DNA from: Octopus vulgaris
Taxonomy: Eukaryota
NCBI GenBank assembly: GCA_951406725.2
Contig: OX597835.1
Span: 7,130,001-7,194,000 of the forward strand
Direction: 5' to 3'
DNA: 64,000 bases
The notes beneath the pieces are model-generated. The model was not told where the DNA came from, did not search any database, and saw only the letters and a list, made by a program, of their open reading frames with translations. The position numbers were made by a program, and so were the translations under genes. Numbering within the stretch: position 1 is the stretch's first letter; every line of letters begins with the position of its first letter. Below, piece after piece: positions 1 to 14,199 of the stretch.

Positions 1-690
1 TGACTCGTCTGTTGTATACGAAATGATTGCCAGGTACATAGTGCTGTATTTATATCATATTAACCACAAAAGCCTGTATTACAAAGTTTTGGGAAAAGTA
101 AAGCGCGCTTGTTTTCCTTCTGTTTATCAATGGAATTAACAAAGACATCAGTTAACGTAAACAGGAGACATTCCAAAGTATTAGGATCAAACCTCCGATA
201 AATACGACTATGATAAAAAATTTCTTGATTTAAAATAAATTAAAACGTTTCATTAAAATTGAAGTTCCAAACATAAGCTGAGAGCAGCTGCCTTGAGCAG
301 ACCGTTTTCTCCCAAACATAGTTGAAGCTTGCGATGTGTACTGTGTTTCCCTGTTATGATAAAAGTCTAATTTAGTACGAACACACACACACACAAATAC
401 ATACACACGTACACGCACACACTTTCGTGTTAATTTACGTTCCAAATACCAGCGCAATAAAAACAAAGATATTTTACTAAATTCTTCAATGTTTTCAAAA
501 TTTATTGAACAAAATGTGTATATTTCAACAGAAATATGGTAAGAAAAGGTTTAAATTGATCTAAATTGCAATTTTCGACCAAACTTTCATGCTAAGTTAC
601 GTGTGGCAGATTTACTTTACTGAATTCTCCCGTATTTTCGAAATCAATTTAAACATAGTCAGTGTATTTGAACAGAAATATCGTATCTAA

Positions 691-910
691 AAGGCGGCGT
701 GCTGGCAGAAAAGGTTAGCACGCCGGGCGATATGCTTAGCCGTATTTTGTCTGCCGCTACGCTCTGTGTTCAAATTCCACCGAGGTCGATTTTTACCTTT
801 CATCCTTTTGGGATCGATAAAATAAGTACCAGTTGAACACTGGACTCGATGTAATTGACTCATCCCCTCCCGCCACAATTGCTGCCCTTTTGGCAAAGTT
901 TGAATCCATT
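691..910 (+). mobile_element. tRNA-derived SINE, family A (central domain resembling the Nin/Deu SINE domain), running into (ATT)n
   Basis: Head AAGGCGGCGTGCTGGCAGAA, B-box-like GTTCAAATTCC and CCTTTCATCCTTTTGGGATCGATAAAATAAGTACCAG; homologous copies recur in the window. Confidence 0.85.
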
Positions 911-1442
<532 letters not shown>

Positions 1443-1986
1443 ACATTGGTAGAGACGGGTGGAACGAATTGTTGAACTTTACAAAATTCTCACAAACCTA
1501 ATCGTGGGAGAAATTAAATACTATAATGGATTTAGTCCGGTGCTATTCAGTCTTTGAGTAAATCTGAGCGACTTTTATACGTAATCTATACATTGATGAT
1601 GAAATATTAACCTTCAAGTTTGTTCTTTGCGAAATAAAACGACAAAGAGAGTTAGAACCATTTCTTTCTCCTCTGTGTGTGTGTCTGTGTGTGTGTGTGT
1701 GTGTTGGGCTTTTCTTCGGTCTTGTCTTTCATGTAATCGCGAGAGAAGGTAAGTGGGGAGTAAAAAACACGGGAAAAATGTAGACTTCATCAGCGGGAAA
1801 ATATAAGAAGGGGTGTGGAGTGGGGTGCTAACCGGTGGCAACGATCTGGCTTCTCACCAAACATAACGGCTCCGTTGTAAAAGCTTCGCACTTTATGGTT
1901 GGAAACCATCCAAGTTTATAATTTATCGCTATGTATAGTCACTAACCTATACCCTACATACACACACGCCCGCAGAAACACACACA

Positions 1987-2046
<60 letters not shown>

Positions 2047-2338
2047 TGTATATGGGTAATTATACACATAGATATAGGCAATTATATATATGTACAAATA
2101 CACATTTATATATATATATGAACTTTTATTTATATATAGGTATATGCATATATAGGTATGTACATATAAATATATATATATATATATATATAGGTGTATA
2201 TATATGCATATATATAGGAGTATATATATATGTATATAGGTGTGTATATATATGTGAATGTATGTATATATATATATGCACACACAAACACACATATATA
2301 CATATATAAATATATGCACCTATGACTTTTGCTCTCTC

Positions 2339-2386
<48 letters not shown>

Positions 2387-2577
2387 CATACATATATTTA
2401 TATATATATATAAATATATATATATACACATATACATATATATATACATGTATGTGTGTGTGTGTAAATATGTGTGTGAGTATCTATTGTGTGCGTGGGT
2501 GTGTGTATGAGTGATTCTGTGTGAGTCTCAGTATGGTTGTTGTGTGTGTGTGTATATGTATATATTATGTATACATA

Positions 2578-2965
2578 ACTATTATATAAAATCCGTTCTG
2601 TCTGTCTGTGTGTGTGTCTTCTAAGATCTCGAGCATCCTCCATCCGATTGCGCTCAAATTTGATATGTAGATATCAAAGGTATCAGGGCGTGCATAAGTC
2701 TTGCAAAAATTACAAAAATTGATTATAGGTGAAAATGTGAACGATAAAGCCGTGGGAGCATGCATTTGTACGTGCAAGTACATCAGCTGTTGCGATTGAT
2801 ACTACGCGCACGCGAGAAAAATGCACGTGCAGTTTGCGCCAAAAAAAGTGGCTGGTTTGAAATAATGCCACAAAATGCGTCAAGTTGTTTTGAGAAAATT
2901 TAGTTTAAATGTTTGACAACTCAGCACCGTCCATTGGACGTGGGGGGGGGGGCGTTTTACTCGTA
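2578..2965 (+). mobile_element. Degenerate non-autonomous Helitron-like element
   Basis: TATATAAAATCCGTTCTGTCTGTC start, CCGATTGCGCTCAAATTTG motif, 3' hairpin CGTCCATTGGACG followed by CTCGT (CTAG-like); embedded in TA tracts. Confidence 0.5.
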
Positions 2966-3129
2966 TATTATATATATATATATATATATTATGCATATAT
3001 TATATTATATTATATTACATTATATTATATGATATTATATATATATATATATATGTACACATACACATACACACATGTAGACATATACACCTTTTGCTCT
3101 TTTTACATACATATACAAATGTGTGTGTG

Positions 3130-3295
3130 TTTACGATGGGCTTTTACACAGTTTCCGTCTATGAAACCCACTCACAGATCATTGGTCGATCCAGGACTCT
3201 AGCAGAAGACTCTTGCCCAAGGTTCCACATATTGATGGTGTAGAACTGAACATGAAACCACGTATTTGCAAAGCGAGCTTCTTAACCAAACCACC
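3130..3295 (-). mobile_element. SINE family B, diverged 5' part
   Basis: Similar to 3570-3720 (CAGTTTCCGTCTA..CCACTCACA..GAAGACTCTTGCCCAAGG). Confidence 0.7.
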
Positions 3296-3321
3296 TGGTC
3301 TGCAGCAGAGAAATACATCCT

Positions 3322-3772
3322 CTTTACTCTTTTACTCTTTTACTTGTTTCAGTCATTTGACTGCGGCCATGCTGGAGCACCGCCTTTAGTCGAGCAAATC
3401 GACCCCGGGACTTATTCTTTGTAAGCCCAGTACATTTTCTATCGGTCTCTTTTGCCGAACCGCTAAGTAACGGGGACGTAAACACATCAGCATCGGTTGT
3501 CAAGGAATGCTATGGGGACAAACACAGACACACAAACATACATACATACACACACATATATACATATATACGACAGGCTTTTTTCAGTTTCCATCTACCA
3601 AATCCACTCACAAGGCATTGGTCGGCCCGAGGCTATAGCAGAAGACACTTGCCCAAGGTGCCACGCAGTGGGACTGAACACGGAACCAGGTGGTTGGTAA
3701 GCAAGCTACTTACCACACAGCCACTCCTGCGCCTCACAGCCACTCCTGCGCCTCACAGCCACTCCTGCGCCT
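3322..3772 (-). mobile_element. SINE family B, full length, with triplicated 19-bp 5' end
   Basis: Reverse complement of 4335-4738; (TTTTACTC)n tail; CACAGCCACTCCTGCGCCT x3 at 3716-3772. Confidence 0.92.
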
Positions 3773-3889
3773 CCTCCACGTATCTTCAATCCATCTTCAT
3801 CCTCTATATTTTACATTTTGCCTAAAATAACGATTTCATTTACTTTCTCTTAACACGCTGTTCGTATCTCATCTATTTCAGTGTGTGAA

Positions 3890-4200
3890 TGACAAACATA
3901 ACGGTCACAACTACGATGACTACGAGTTAGTATTGCCGCAGGGAACTTTCTCCGTTCTTACTTAAGCTTTTAATTTCACTTTACTTCGAAAGTACTACCT
4001 TGTAACTAATAGTTCAAAAACACGACAGCGAGTATATTTATACTTGTAATCTTATTTCTGACATTAAATTCGACTTGACCCTTCCTTAATACCATTTCCT
4101 AATAAGCTCCATTGTTTGTTCTGTTGTAGTCTTCAAATTTTGTATTCTCGTAAGCACTTTTATTGGCGGTTTTGATACAATTCTCTCATTACACAGTCTA
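3890..4200 (-). mobile_element. Highly decayed R4/Dong-like LINE fragment (post-RT region)
   Basis: Minus strand reads ..EFNVRNKITSINILAVVFLNY*..SEIK.., similar to the LNARNKIxAINTLAVPVxxY motif; contains stops. Confidence 0.4.
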
Positions 4201-4334
4201 AATCAAATACACATTACTATTTATATTTCCAGTTATAAAGATCTACCAGTGTCACGTGTAGTTTTAGCTAATTTTGGTATATCCCAGTGCCACTTCGGAG
4301 TGCTTGTACTCTTTGTATGTTATCAGCAATTCTC

Positions 4335-4738
4335 AGGAGTGGCTGTGTGGTAAGTAGCTTGCTAACCAACCACATGGTTTCGGGTTCAGTCCCACTGCGT
4401 GGCATCTTGTGCAAGTGTCTTCTGCTATAGCCCGGGCCGACCAATGCCTTGTGAGTGGATTTCGTAGACGGAAACTGAAAGAAGCCCGTCGTATATATGT
4501 ATATCTATATATGTATGTGTGTGTGTGTTTGTGTGTCTGTGTTTGTCCCCCTAGCATTGCTTGACAACCGATGCTGGTGTGTTTACGTCACTGTCACTTA
4601 GCGGTTCGGCAAAATAGACCGATAGAATAAGTACTAGGCTTACAAAGAATAAGTCCCGGGGTCGATTTGCTCGACTAAAGGCGGTGCTCCAGCATGGCCG
4701 CAGTCAAATGACTGAAACAAGTAAAAGAGTAAAAGAGT
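4335..4738 (+). mobile_element. SINE family B, full length (tRNA head, CORE-like segment, internal TA/TG tract, AAAAGAGT tail)
   Basis: A box TGGCTGTGTGG, B box GGTTCAGTCCC, tail GTAAAAGAGTAAAAGAG; more than 10 homologues in the window. Confidence 0.93.
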
Positions 4739-4907
4739 ATATTCTGCTGCAAGAGATCGCCTCTCCTTTACTCTTTTACTTGTTTCAGTCACTAGATTGC
4801 GGCCATCCCGGATCACCGCCTGTAGTCGAACATATAAACAGATAGACAGATATAGATATAAATATATATAAATTGTATTAAGAGTATATGTATATAATAT
4901 ATACATA

Positions 4908-5022
<115 letters not shown>

Positions 5023-5094
5023 TTGTGTCTGTGGGAGAATCGTTGACAATTTCCTTTCTCCGTCTTCCTTTCTATTGGACTTTCCTCTGTGTTT

Positions 5095-5147
<53 letters not shown>

Positions 5148-5190
5148 CTATACTTATACTTATACTTATACTTATACACACATACATACA

Positions 5191-5226
<36 letters not shown>

Positions 5227-5409
5227 TATTTATATATAAAAGTATATTTATATATATACATAAGTATATTTATTAAATATATATTTAATATATTTATCAC
5301 CACATGTATATCAATATTATATATATATTGTAGTTAATATATCATATATGAATATATTAAATTATATCAAATACATACCTATTTATGTGTGTGTATGTGT
5401 GTCTATATT

Positions 5410-5455
<46 letters not shown>

Positions 5456-5602
5456 TTCAGCAACAATTTAGATTCAAAGAATATGGCACTTAATTTAGAT
5501 GCACCAGAATTTTTTATGGTGTTACCCATAAAAATATGCGGGGTGATTATAATCAAAAATAAGCAACAAGAATACCGGATTCATTCTTGTTGCTTATTTT
5601 TG

Positions 5603-5670
<68 letters not shown>

Positions 5671-6049
5671 GTATGTATTTATGTGTGTATACATAATTAT
5701 GTATGCATGTATGTATAGAATAGGTATATAATTTATTTATTAAAATATGTTCATATGTGCCTGGAGCTTTCGTTGCACAACTTTAACAAGAATACTGAGC
5801 GGTGAAAATATATGATACATTTATTAAAAACCTCTCCTGGAAAACAGCGCTAGAAAATCTACCTTCCTGTCACCAACTCTCAGTCAGGTATTGTTAAGTA
5901 AGGTGTTATTCCCCCAAGGCCTGACAAACTTTTCGCCGAAGTATGGAAACGGACAACATGACAAACGACGCTCGTTTACGAATGTCATATGATCTAAAGA
6001 CAAATGTCCAAAAGCACACACGCACTCACACAAAAACAAACATATATTT

Positions 6050-6165
6050 ACGACAGGCTAGGCTTCTTCTCTTTCCGTCCCCCAAATCCACTCACGGGGC
6101 TTTGGTCGGCCGAGATCTACAGTAGAAGGCATGCCCAAGATGCTGCGCAAAAGGACTGAACCCGA
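6050..6165 (-). mobile_element. SINE family B fragment
   Basis: CCAAATCCACTCAC..TTGGTCGGCCGAG..TGCCCAAG..GGACTGAACCCG. Confidence 0.7.
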
Positions 6166-7721
6166 GTCAGTTTGCTTTGATCTTGTAAAAACTCCCAGCG
6201 TTTCAGGGTGTGTAAATTTTGTTATTACATAGCCCAGATTACTATGATAAGAAAGAGAAGTTAGAACCCGGATACAAGAGTCTAAGTTATGCATTAATTT
6301 GCTGTAAATGCTTTGTTTTCCCATAAATTCAGTGATAGTAACCAGCGTTGGCATTAACAACGTTAACAACGAGAATTTCGTATCTTTACAGTGAACTTAA
6401 TATATTCCTATGCTGACGTATTTCTCCAGCGGTAACTGTCAATTATATTTGGCGTGTATGAATGCTTGCTTCAGAAACTGACAGAATATATTAAAGAATC
6501 TGCGACACCTTTAATGACCATGAATAAAGATGAAGACGACGGTCAGTGAGAACATTAATCAATTTCAAGATCTAGTGAAGCAATTATTTTCTTAAATACA
6601 CTAGAAAAGAGTAATGATAAATGCTATGTACGTATTGTTGCAGAGAAGAGAGATGTCCTACTGTTATTAATGTCATATCAAAAGTCCACAAGAACGAGAA
6701 AATATACATCTAATCGACGGTGAAACTGCAGCAACTGTATACTGATATAGTTTGGAAACTGTTTCAATTTTTATTGCATTAAGAAATGATTTCACGAGGA
6801 AAGAATTTCAAGATAAAAATAAAACATTCATTTCCTTATTCTTTAAAGTTCGCAAAGACAATAAAAGATAATTTCTGAGATTAATTCTCAAAATTCAATC
6901 AAGTCGCGTTACTTTTAAGAGATCTGGGAAACTTTCGTAAGTTTCAGCATTTATCAGCAACTAGTGTTGTCTAAGTACCAAATTGAAGAACCAATTTCAG
7001 AGCCGGTAATCGTCAGTCGTTGCTCAGATTCAAACAAATTGAATAAAATAAGAATCGTTATCTTATGTATAAATACACGATATAACTCTTTTCTTGCAGG
7101 GGAATAACTCAAAATAGATATATTATTTAAAATATCAGACAATATCTAATTTATCTAATTGTGTATTAGCATAAGTTTGCTCAAATCAAAAGTTCAGATT
7201 GTACGTATGGCGTAAATGTATAAAATAGTTCACGTCTTATCTATATGCGAAGTGAGACGACACTTCAGTTCTTTCGGTATTGCACTGGAAATATTCAATA
7301 CTAATTAAATTCATTTAACTGTTATTACAATAGTTCCTCTTATTAAAGTCTGTGCCAAATCTTAATAACTGGACAGAAGAATAGGTTTCTATATTCTAAA
7401 TAATCAATAATGCTTCTACAATTATTAGAATATATTTTTGAAAAACACTATAGAACGCTTAAATACTCCTCCTTATATATATATGTATGTGTGTGTGTGT
7501 GTTTTGTGTGTATATGTATGTATATACATGTATATAAATATATATATGTATATCTATCTATCGATATACATACATACATACATATATATATTTATAACTA
7601 TCTATCGATATACATATATATGAAGCACGTCTCCATGCACTGACAGGGGAGATAACCGCCCCACAGCGTGCGTGATCACCATAGTAGTCTAGTTTCACAT
7701 AAAATCAAAGCCATCGATGGA

Positions 7722-8058
7722 GACAACTTCAAGAAGGCTTCCAGATGTTAGATCTCTACGGGTCAATTAGATCACGTGGTATTATTGGCTGAAAAGTGAT
7801 ACCAGGCTCACATAGCCGGACTCGATGTTGCCATGCAACTGTTGGAACGCGTGTATGTGTCTTAAAGCTTTGAATGCTCCAGCTGTTTTATGATGTTGCT
7901 AAATAAACAATACCGAACCCTCCAGACATACCCATGACAGCTGTGTACTAAAAATGCGACCCACCATGTGAGTCTGATATTGCTTTTAAACCAATAACAC
8001 CACGTGATCTAATTCGACTAATAGACGACTAACATCTAGAAGCCTCGTTGAGCTTGTA
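7722..8058. mobile_element. MITE / fold-back element with ~100-bp imperfect terminal inverted repeats
   Basis: AGGCTTCCAGATGTTAG..AATTAGATCACGTGGT..TTATTGG at 7735 mirrors CCAATAACACCACGTGATCTAATT..CTAACATCTAGAAGCCT ending at 8045. Confidence 0.75.
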
Positions 8059-8479
8059 TCACTTCCTGTTAGAGGATCTCCAAACGCTGGACAAACTACG
8101 TTCGTTCTACGAGCCAATGAGTTTGAGGCCGAAGCAAACTATTATTACATTATGTGTGTTTGTGTGTGTGTGTGTGCGTGTGTGTGTATATGTGTATGTG
8201 TTGTGTATGTGTATGTATGTGTGAGTTTTTTTTGCGTATGTGTGTGTATGTGTGTATCTATGTGCATGTGTTTGTATGCATATGTATATGCATGTGTGCG
8301 TGTGCGTGTGCGCGTACGTGTGTGTGTGTGTGTGTGTGTGTGTGTAGTATCATGAAAATTGTCTCAAAACGGGCAAATTGTGTTACCAAGCGGCTGCGGT
8401 TTGAAGGAACAAGGACATCGGAAGCGTTGTGGCGTGGCGAATTAACAATCATCAGACATGACAGAAAAGAGGTTTAGAG

Positions 8480-8486
8480 AAAGACG

Positions 8487-8522
<36 letters not shown>

Positions 8523-9770
8523 AGAGAGTGAGAGGCAGACAAGCAGAGACGGTGACAGAGATAAAAACAGATAAAAACAGATATAAGGAGGAGTATTTAA
8601 GCGTTCTGTGTGTTTACAAATGGTATTCCGCGTATGCCTGTGTGTACGATAAATAAAGCGAGGAGCAAATTAAAATATAAAAAAACAATGGAGAAATAGA
8701 AAATAGGAAAACTGAGGAGCACAGAGCGACATGGAGGAGATGAAGAAGAGGAGAGGAAGAAAAGGAGATGAGGAAGAGGAGAGGAGGAAGAGGAGAATCG
8801 AGGTGAAACGAGAGGAAGAGTACAGGAAATTAGCAAGATTAAGTCGTGAAATATAAAACTTAAAAACAAAATAACTGATTTGCAAACAACGAAATGAAAA
8901 AAAGTGACAGGAGCTGAAATGAGCGAGAAATGTAAGTGAATAAACAAAATGGAATAAATAATGGAATCAGATTTTATAAGCTGAGGGAAAACGAGGAGAA
9001 AATAAGTGAAGCAGTTTGTGAAATGTAAGAAATCGGTTTTGGTAATGAATAGCGAAGAAGAAAGAAGAAGAAGAAGAAGGAGAAGGAGAAGAAGAAGAAG
9101 AAGAAGAAGAAGAAGAAGAAGAAGAAGGAGGAGAAGAAGAAGAAGAAGAAGAAGAAGATGGAGGAGAAGATGAAGAAGAAGAAGAGGAGGGGAGAGAAGG
9201 AAAAGAAGGGGAGAGGGAGGAGGAGGAGGGGAGGGAGAGAAGGAAAAAAGAAGAAGAAGAAGAAGAAGATGGAGGAGAAGATGAAGAAGAGGGGAGGACA
9301 GGGGAGAGAAGGAAAAGAAGGGGAGAGGGAGGAGGAGGAGGAGGAGGGAGGGATGAAGAGAATGTGGAGGATGAGGAGGAGTGAGAAAGTGAGGAGGAGA
9401 AGAGGAAAAGGGAGAATAGGAGAGTAGAAGAAGCAGGAGAAAGAGGGGGGAGTGAAAGAGGAGACGGCGAAAAAGAAGAAAAAGAACAAGAAGAAAGTGA
9501 AGACAACGAAAAAGAGGATGAAGAAAGAAGGGAATGAGAGGAAGAATTGAAAGAAGGAAAGAATTGAAGAAATAGCGAAGAAAAAAGCAGAAAAGGCGAA
9601 GACAAAGTAGAACTAGAACAGAAAGAAAATGAACAAGAATTAAAAGAAAAGAAGAAGAAGAAGAAGAAGAAGAAGAAGAAGAAGAAGAAGAAGAAGAAGA
9701 AGAAGAAGAAGAAGAAGAGCAACAACAACAACAACAACAGCAACAAAAACAACAACAGCAAACACAACAA
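8480..9770. repeat. Purine-rich low-complexity tract with (GA)n, (GAA)n and (GGA)n
   Basis: Direct reading; the 9130-9375 block is partly duplicated at 10381-10585. Confidence 0.9.
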
Positions 9771-9998
9771 GGAAACCATAGCTGCAACAAGAAATGTGAC
9801 GTGGAGAATGCAAGTAAAATAAATCATTGAAATTCCATTTCTTTGGTAAAGTGCATTAATGGTATTTCGAATTTTGCTCTGAAATTCTTCATCAACTGCA
9901 ATTGTTCTATCTATAAACGCTGGAACCCTAGAGAGCGATAGCTTCAAACATGGTCAAAGAAACCATTTTGGAAATCAGAAAAATTATATACATATGTA

Positions 9999-10061
<63 letters not shown>

Positions 10062-10293
10062 GAATTTAGAAAAAAGCGTCAGTGTGCATTATCTTTGATA
10101 AATGTGGGACTCGGAGATATAGATAAATGACCCTAATACGTAAATGTAACAGTTGTTTATTATTTATTTCTAGATATGCCATTATATTTTCTCTGCTCTT
10201 TTGTTTATCAAAATTATGATACACATAAATGGTCGTCTGTTTTGATAGTTTTAATGCTGTAGATTCATAAATGACACCCGATACTTTATCTTG

Positions 10294-10335
<42 letters not shown>

Positions 10336-10587
10336 TCATTTATATCTTTGGTAATTTGATTAGGTGCTTTCGCTCGTTTTAAGAAGGAGAAGAAGATGAA
10401 GAAGAAGAAGAGGGAGGAGAAGAAGAAGAAGAAGAAGAAGAAGAAGAAGAAGAAGAAGAAGAAGAAGAAGAAGAGGGGAGGACCTGGGAGAGAAAGAAAA
10501 GAACGGGAGAGGGATGAGGAGGGGGGAGGGAGAGAAGGAAAAGAAGAAGAAGAAAAAGAAGGATGAAGAGAATGTGGAGGATGACAC

Positions 10588-10637
<50 letters not shown>

Positions 10638-10647
10638 TAATAATAAT

Positions 10648-10772
10648 CCTTTCCACTGGAAGTACAAAACCTCGAATTTGGGATGAGGGATTAAGTTGAT
10701 ACATTGACCCCAGTGCGTAACTGGTACTTATTTAATCGATCCTGAAAGAATCAAAGCCAAAGTTGACATCGG
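10648..10772 (-). mobile_element. SINE family A 3' fragment next to (TAA)n
   Basis: GACCCCAGTGCGTAACTGGTACTTATTTAATCGATCCTGAAAG. Confidence 0.75.
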
Positions 10773-10784
10773 AGGGAAGAAAAT

Positions 10785-11165
10785 ATTTGTAGACTAATAG
10801 ATGTAAGTCTTCCCAACGATACAAATATATCTATAAATGAATTTCACAAATTTGATAAATATCAGGACCTGGAAATCCAAAAGGTTGTACTGACAGCTAG
10901 GTAAGGTCCCAGGAGTACCATCTCTCAGAGAAATCCAAAAGATTGTACTGACAAGTACTGCCTACATCCTTAGAAAAAACCCTATCAATTTAAACGTCTG
11001 TGTTGTATTAGATGAAGATATTTTGCTACTGCCCCTGCTACTTCCCATCCCCAAGCTTTCAGTCCAACTGTAACAGTTCTCATTCTTTACTCACCCTAGG
11101 ACGCTGGGTGTGTTTCGGCAAGTGATTGTAACAAACATGCAGATTAAAAGTAAATAATAATAATA
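10785..11165 (+). mobile_element. 5'-truncated R4/Dong-like non-LTR retrotransposon 3' end (restriction-like endonuclease C-terminus, 3' UTR, (TAA)n)
   Basis: Translates LIDVSLPNDTNISINEFHKFDKYQDLEI..SLREIQKIVLTSTAYILRK; ends in TAATAATAATA at about 11155. Confidence 0.8.
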
Positions 11166-11578
11166 GACTAAGTGTATAGAATGTGCCAGATAATAGACTT
11201 TACAGTACCAAATGTTGCGAAGTATAGAGTTAATGGCAAAGTATTGAGGACTTAGCCACTGCGTTATAGAGACTATGGCAAGTGCGGATAAAATATATTC
11301 CCGTAGGTATAGGTGCATTAAAAACTATCCCTAAAGATTTGAACACATGGAAACAGGAAATAAGCATAAGATGAACCGTTTATTGGCAAGTCGCTGCGGT
11401 TTTCTTTTCCGAGATATAGTGGTACTGTGTTTAAAAACTACTGTTGCTTACACACACGCAAACGCACACACACACACACACACACACTCATACACTCACA
11501 CTCACGCACACATACGAGCACACATGTACATGCACACACACACACACACACATACACACACACACAAGCACTTATATA

Positions 11579-11888
11579 TAGAGTCCCCCCACAAATGTAT
11601 ACACACTTCAGGAAAGGAAAATTCTGTAGAAATATTTAACTTGTATAAGTATCTCTATGAATATAGATAACTCTTTCGATATTTTATTAAAGTGTCATAA
11701 CACTAAATAAATTTATTTATTTATTTATTGCCAACAGGGGGATAAACATAGGGAGGACAAATAAAGGGATTACTTGATTAAATTGACCCCAGTGCTTAAC
11801 ACTAAATAATGCAATAACACTGAATTAAAATAGTTTTACAGATTTTTTCCTTTCCTGAAGTGTGTATATATTTTGTTGGCGGACACTG
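11579..11888. mobile_element. Tc1/mariner-type MITE containing a SINE tail insertion
   Basis: TIR ..TATACACACTTCAGGAAAGGAAAATTCTGTA versus TACAGATTTTTTCCTTTCCTGAAGTGTGTATA..GGACACTG; insert 11711-11796 flanked by 13-bp TSD TAACACTAAATAA. Confidence 0.75.
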
Positions 11889-12339
11889 AATATATATATC
11901 AGAGGAAAACGGTAAACTGCTCAAGCACTGGTGTATTTTTTTCCATTAATCTCTTTAAAAGAAAAAAAAAAAAACAGCGTAAAGTCTAACAAGACGTAAT
12001 TCGAATCGACCTTATTCGAAATCTGTCAGGGTTACTGGAACGGTCATAAATGGTCGAGAAATGTAAGTGCCAGAAATTGGGTAAATATTAAACCACTTAT
12101 ATCGTATTGCATTATGTTCGTAGGAATATTGGTCTTACAATGAATATTGGAATTAAACTGAAGACATTTATGGAAATATATTTCTTCCATAAGTAGATGT
12201 ACCAATACTAGAGAGGATTAAATCAGTTTACTATCTTTTGCTAATGTTTATTATATCGATACCGAATGTTGGAGAACTTAAGATGATTCGCCTGGATTTA
12301 TTTGTACTGAATAAACTAATGTCACAAAGCCAGCAGTGA

Positions 12340-12710
12340 TATGATACCTTCCAATCTGTGTTCAAATCCCACCGAGACCAGCTTTCTATATCATTTTCCC
12401 GGGTCGATAAAATAAAGTATTAATCCAAAGCGGTGGACTGGTGGGACGAGTAGTCTTCAGGTTTTTTTTTTTTCTGGCTCTTAGCGCCTTCTGAAGTCAA
12501 ATCCCACCGAAGGTGGCTTTGTCTATTATTCTACCTGAGCCGATAAAATAAAGTATTAATCCAAGGAAATAGACCGAGGGACCAACAAAGCAATGGATGA
12601 GACGTTTTCAGTATTTTTTCTGGCTCTTAGCATTGTGAGGTCAAATACCGCTAAAGCCCGCTTTGTCTACTGTTCTTCTCGGGGTCGATAAAATAAAATA
12701 TTAATCGAGG
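12340..12710 (+). repeat. Three diverged tandem units of the SINE-A central domain
   Basis: CAAATCCCACCGA..GTCGATAAAATAAAGTATTAATCC repeated near 12365, 12500 and 12645. Confidence 0.7.
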
Positions 12711-12712
12711 TA

Positions 12713-13300
12713 AAGGCGGCGAGCTGGAAGAATCGTTAGCACACCTGGCGAAATGCTTAGCGGTATTTCGCCTGCCGCTACGTTCTGAGTTCAAATTCCG
12801 CCGAGGTCGACTTTGCCTTTCATCCTTTCGGGGTCAATAAATTAAGTACCAGTTAAGCACTGGGGTCGATGTAATCGACTTAATACCTATGTCTGTCCTT
12901 GTTTGTCCTCTCTGTGTTTAGCCCCTTGTGGGTAATAAAGAAATAGAAATAGGTATTTCACCTGCCGCTACGTTCTGAGTTCAAATTCCGCCAAGGTCGA
13001 CTTTGCCTTTCATCCTTTCGGGGTCGATTAAATAAGTACCAGTTACGCACTGGGATCGATATAATCGACTTAATCCGTTTGTCTGTCCTTGTTTGTCCCC
13101 TCTGTGTGTAGCCCCTTGCGGCAGTAAAGAAATAGGCATTTCGTCTGTCTTTACGTTCTGAGTTCAAATTACGTCGAGGTCAACTTTGCCTTTCATCCGT
13201 TTGAGGTCGAAAAATTAAGTACCAGTTCCTTAATGGAGTCGATGTAATTGACTGCTTCCCCACCCCCCAAAAAATTCGGACCTTGTGCCTAGAGTAGAAA
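12713..13300 (+). mobile_element. SINE family A multimer (one head, three body units)
   Basis: Body restarts after GAAATA at GGTATTTC (12952) and GGCATTTCG (13136). Confidence 0.9.
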
Positions 13301-13382
13301 CAAATATTTATCCAATGAGAAGACAGGATCTGGAAGCTGGCATTTTGTCCATGCCAGTTGTCTATCACAAAATGAGAACATT

Positions 13383-13528
13383 CTCTTTTACTTGTTTCAA
13401 TCGTTAGACCGCAGCCATGCTGGAGCACCGCCTTGAAATTTCAGTCGAATGAATGGACCGCAGTGCTATCGATCTCTTTTGCTGAACTGCTAGATTATGG
13501 GGACGTAAACAGACGAACACCGGTTTTC
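13383..13528 (-). mobile_element. SINE family B 3' fragment
   Basis: CTCTTTTACTTGTTTCA..GCCATGCTGGAGCACCGCCTT. Confidence 0.8.
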
Positions 13529-13529
13529 A

Positions 13530-13796
13530 AAGAGATGTGATGAACCTATTATAATGGGGAACACTACGTGTACTTTTTATTTGGTGATGTAATCTTTGGA
13601 CTAACAATGTTTGCGGCTGAAGAGAGCTTTAAACCATCTTTTATATCAATAATACACTGATGTAATAACGGATTGTTTATAGAGCTTGAAACACGTGTAC
13701 CGCGATATCAGCTGTGTTCTATTTTCAATTTATGTTTGATATATTCCCTCACCTCTGCCACTATCTGGCATATACAGGTGCTTACACTTATCAAGT

Positions 13797-13797
<1 letters not shown>
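13530..13797 (+). mobile_element. Penelope-like pseudo-LTR fragment carrying a hammerhead (family HH2)
   Basis: Homologous to 31975-32265; ends in CA/TA microsatellite. Confidence 0.7.
13611..13705 (+). ncRNA. Type I hammerhead ribozyme (HH2)
   Basis: Stem I TTGCGG/CCGCGA; core CTGAAGA (13617); stem II GAGCTTTA/TAGAGCTT; GAAA (13688); palindromic stem III CACGTG; cleavage triplet GTA. Confidence 0.85.
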
Positions 13798-13828
<31 letters not shown>

Positions 13829-13853
13829 TAAAAATACATATATATATATATAT

Positions 13854-14165
<312 letters not shown>

Positions 14166-14199
14166 AAAGTCACTATACAGTTACAATAACAATTAAGAT

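Noticed and set aside
6990-7020. Minus-strand CTGACGA..GAAA
   Set aside because: No stem I or stem II pairing
8597-9947. Long L/S/F-rich ORFs
   Set aside because: Products of the purine-rich GAA/GGA tract; the unique 5' part has no recognisable motif
12340-13300. CRISPR-like repeat array
   Set aside because: Units are SINE bodies without unique spacers; eukaryotic context, no cas genes
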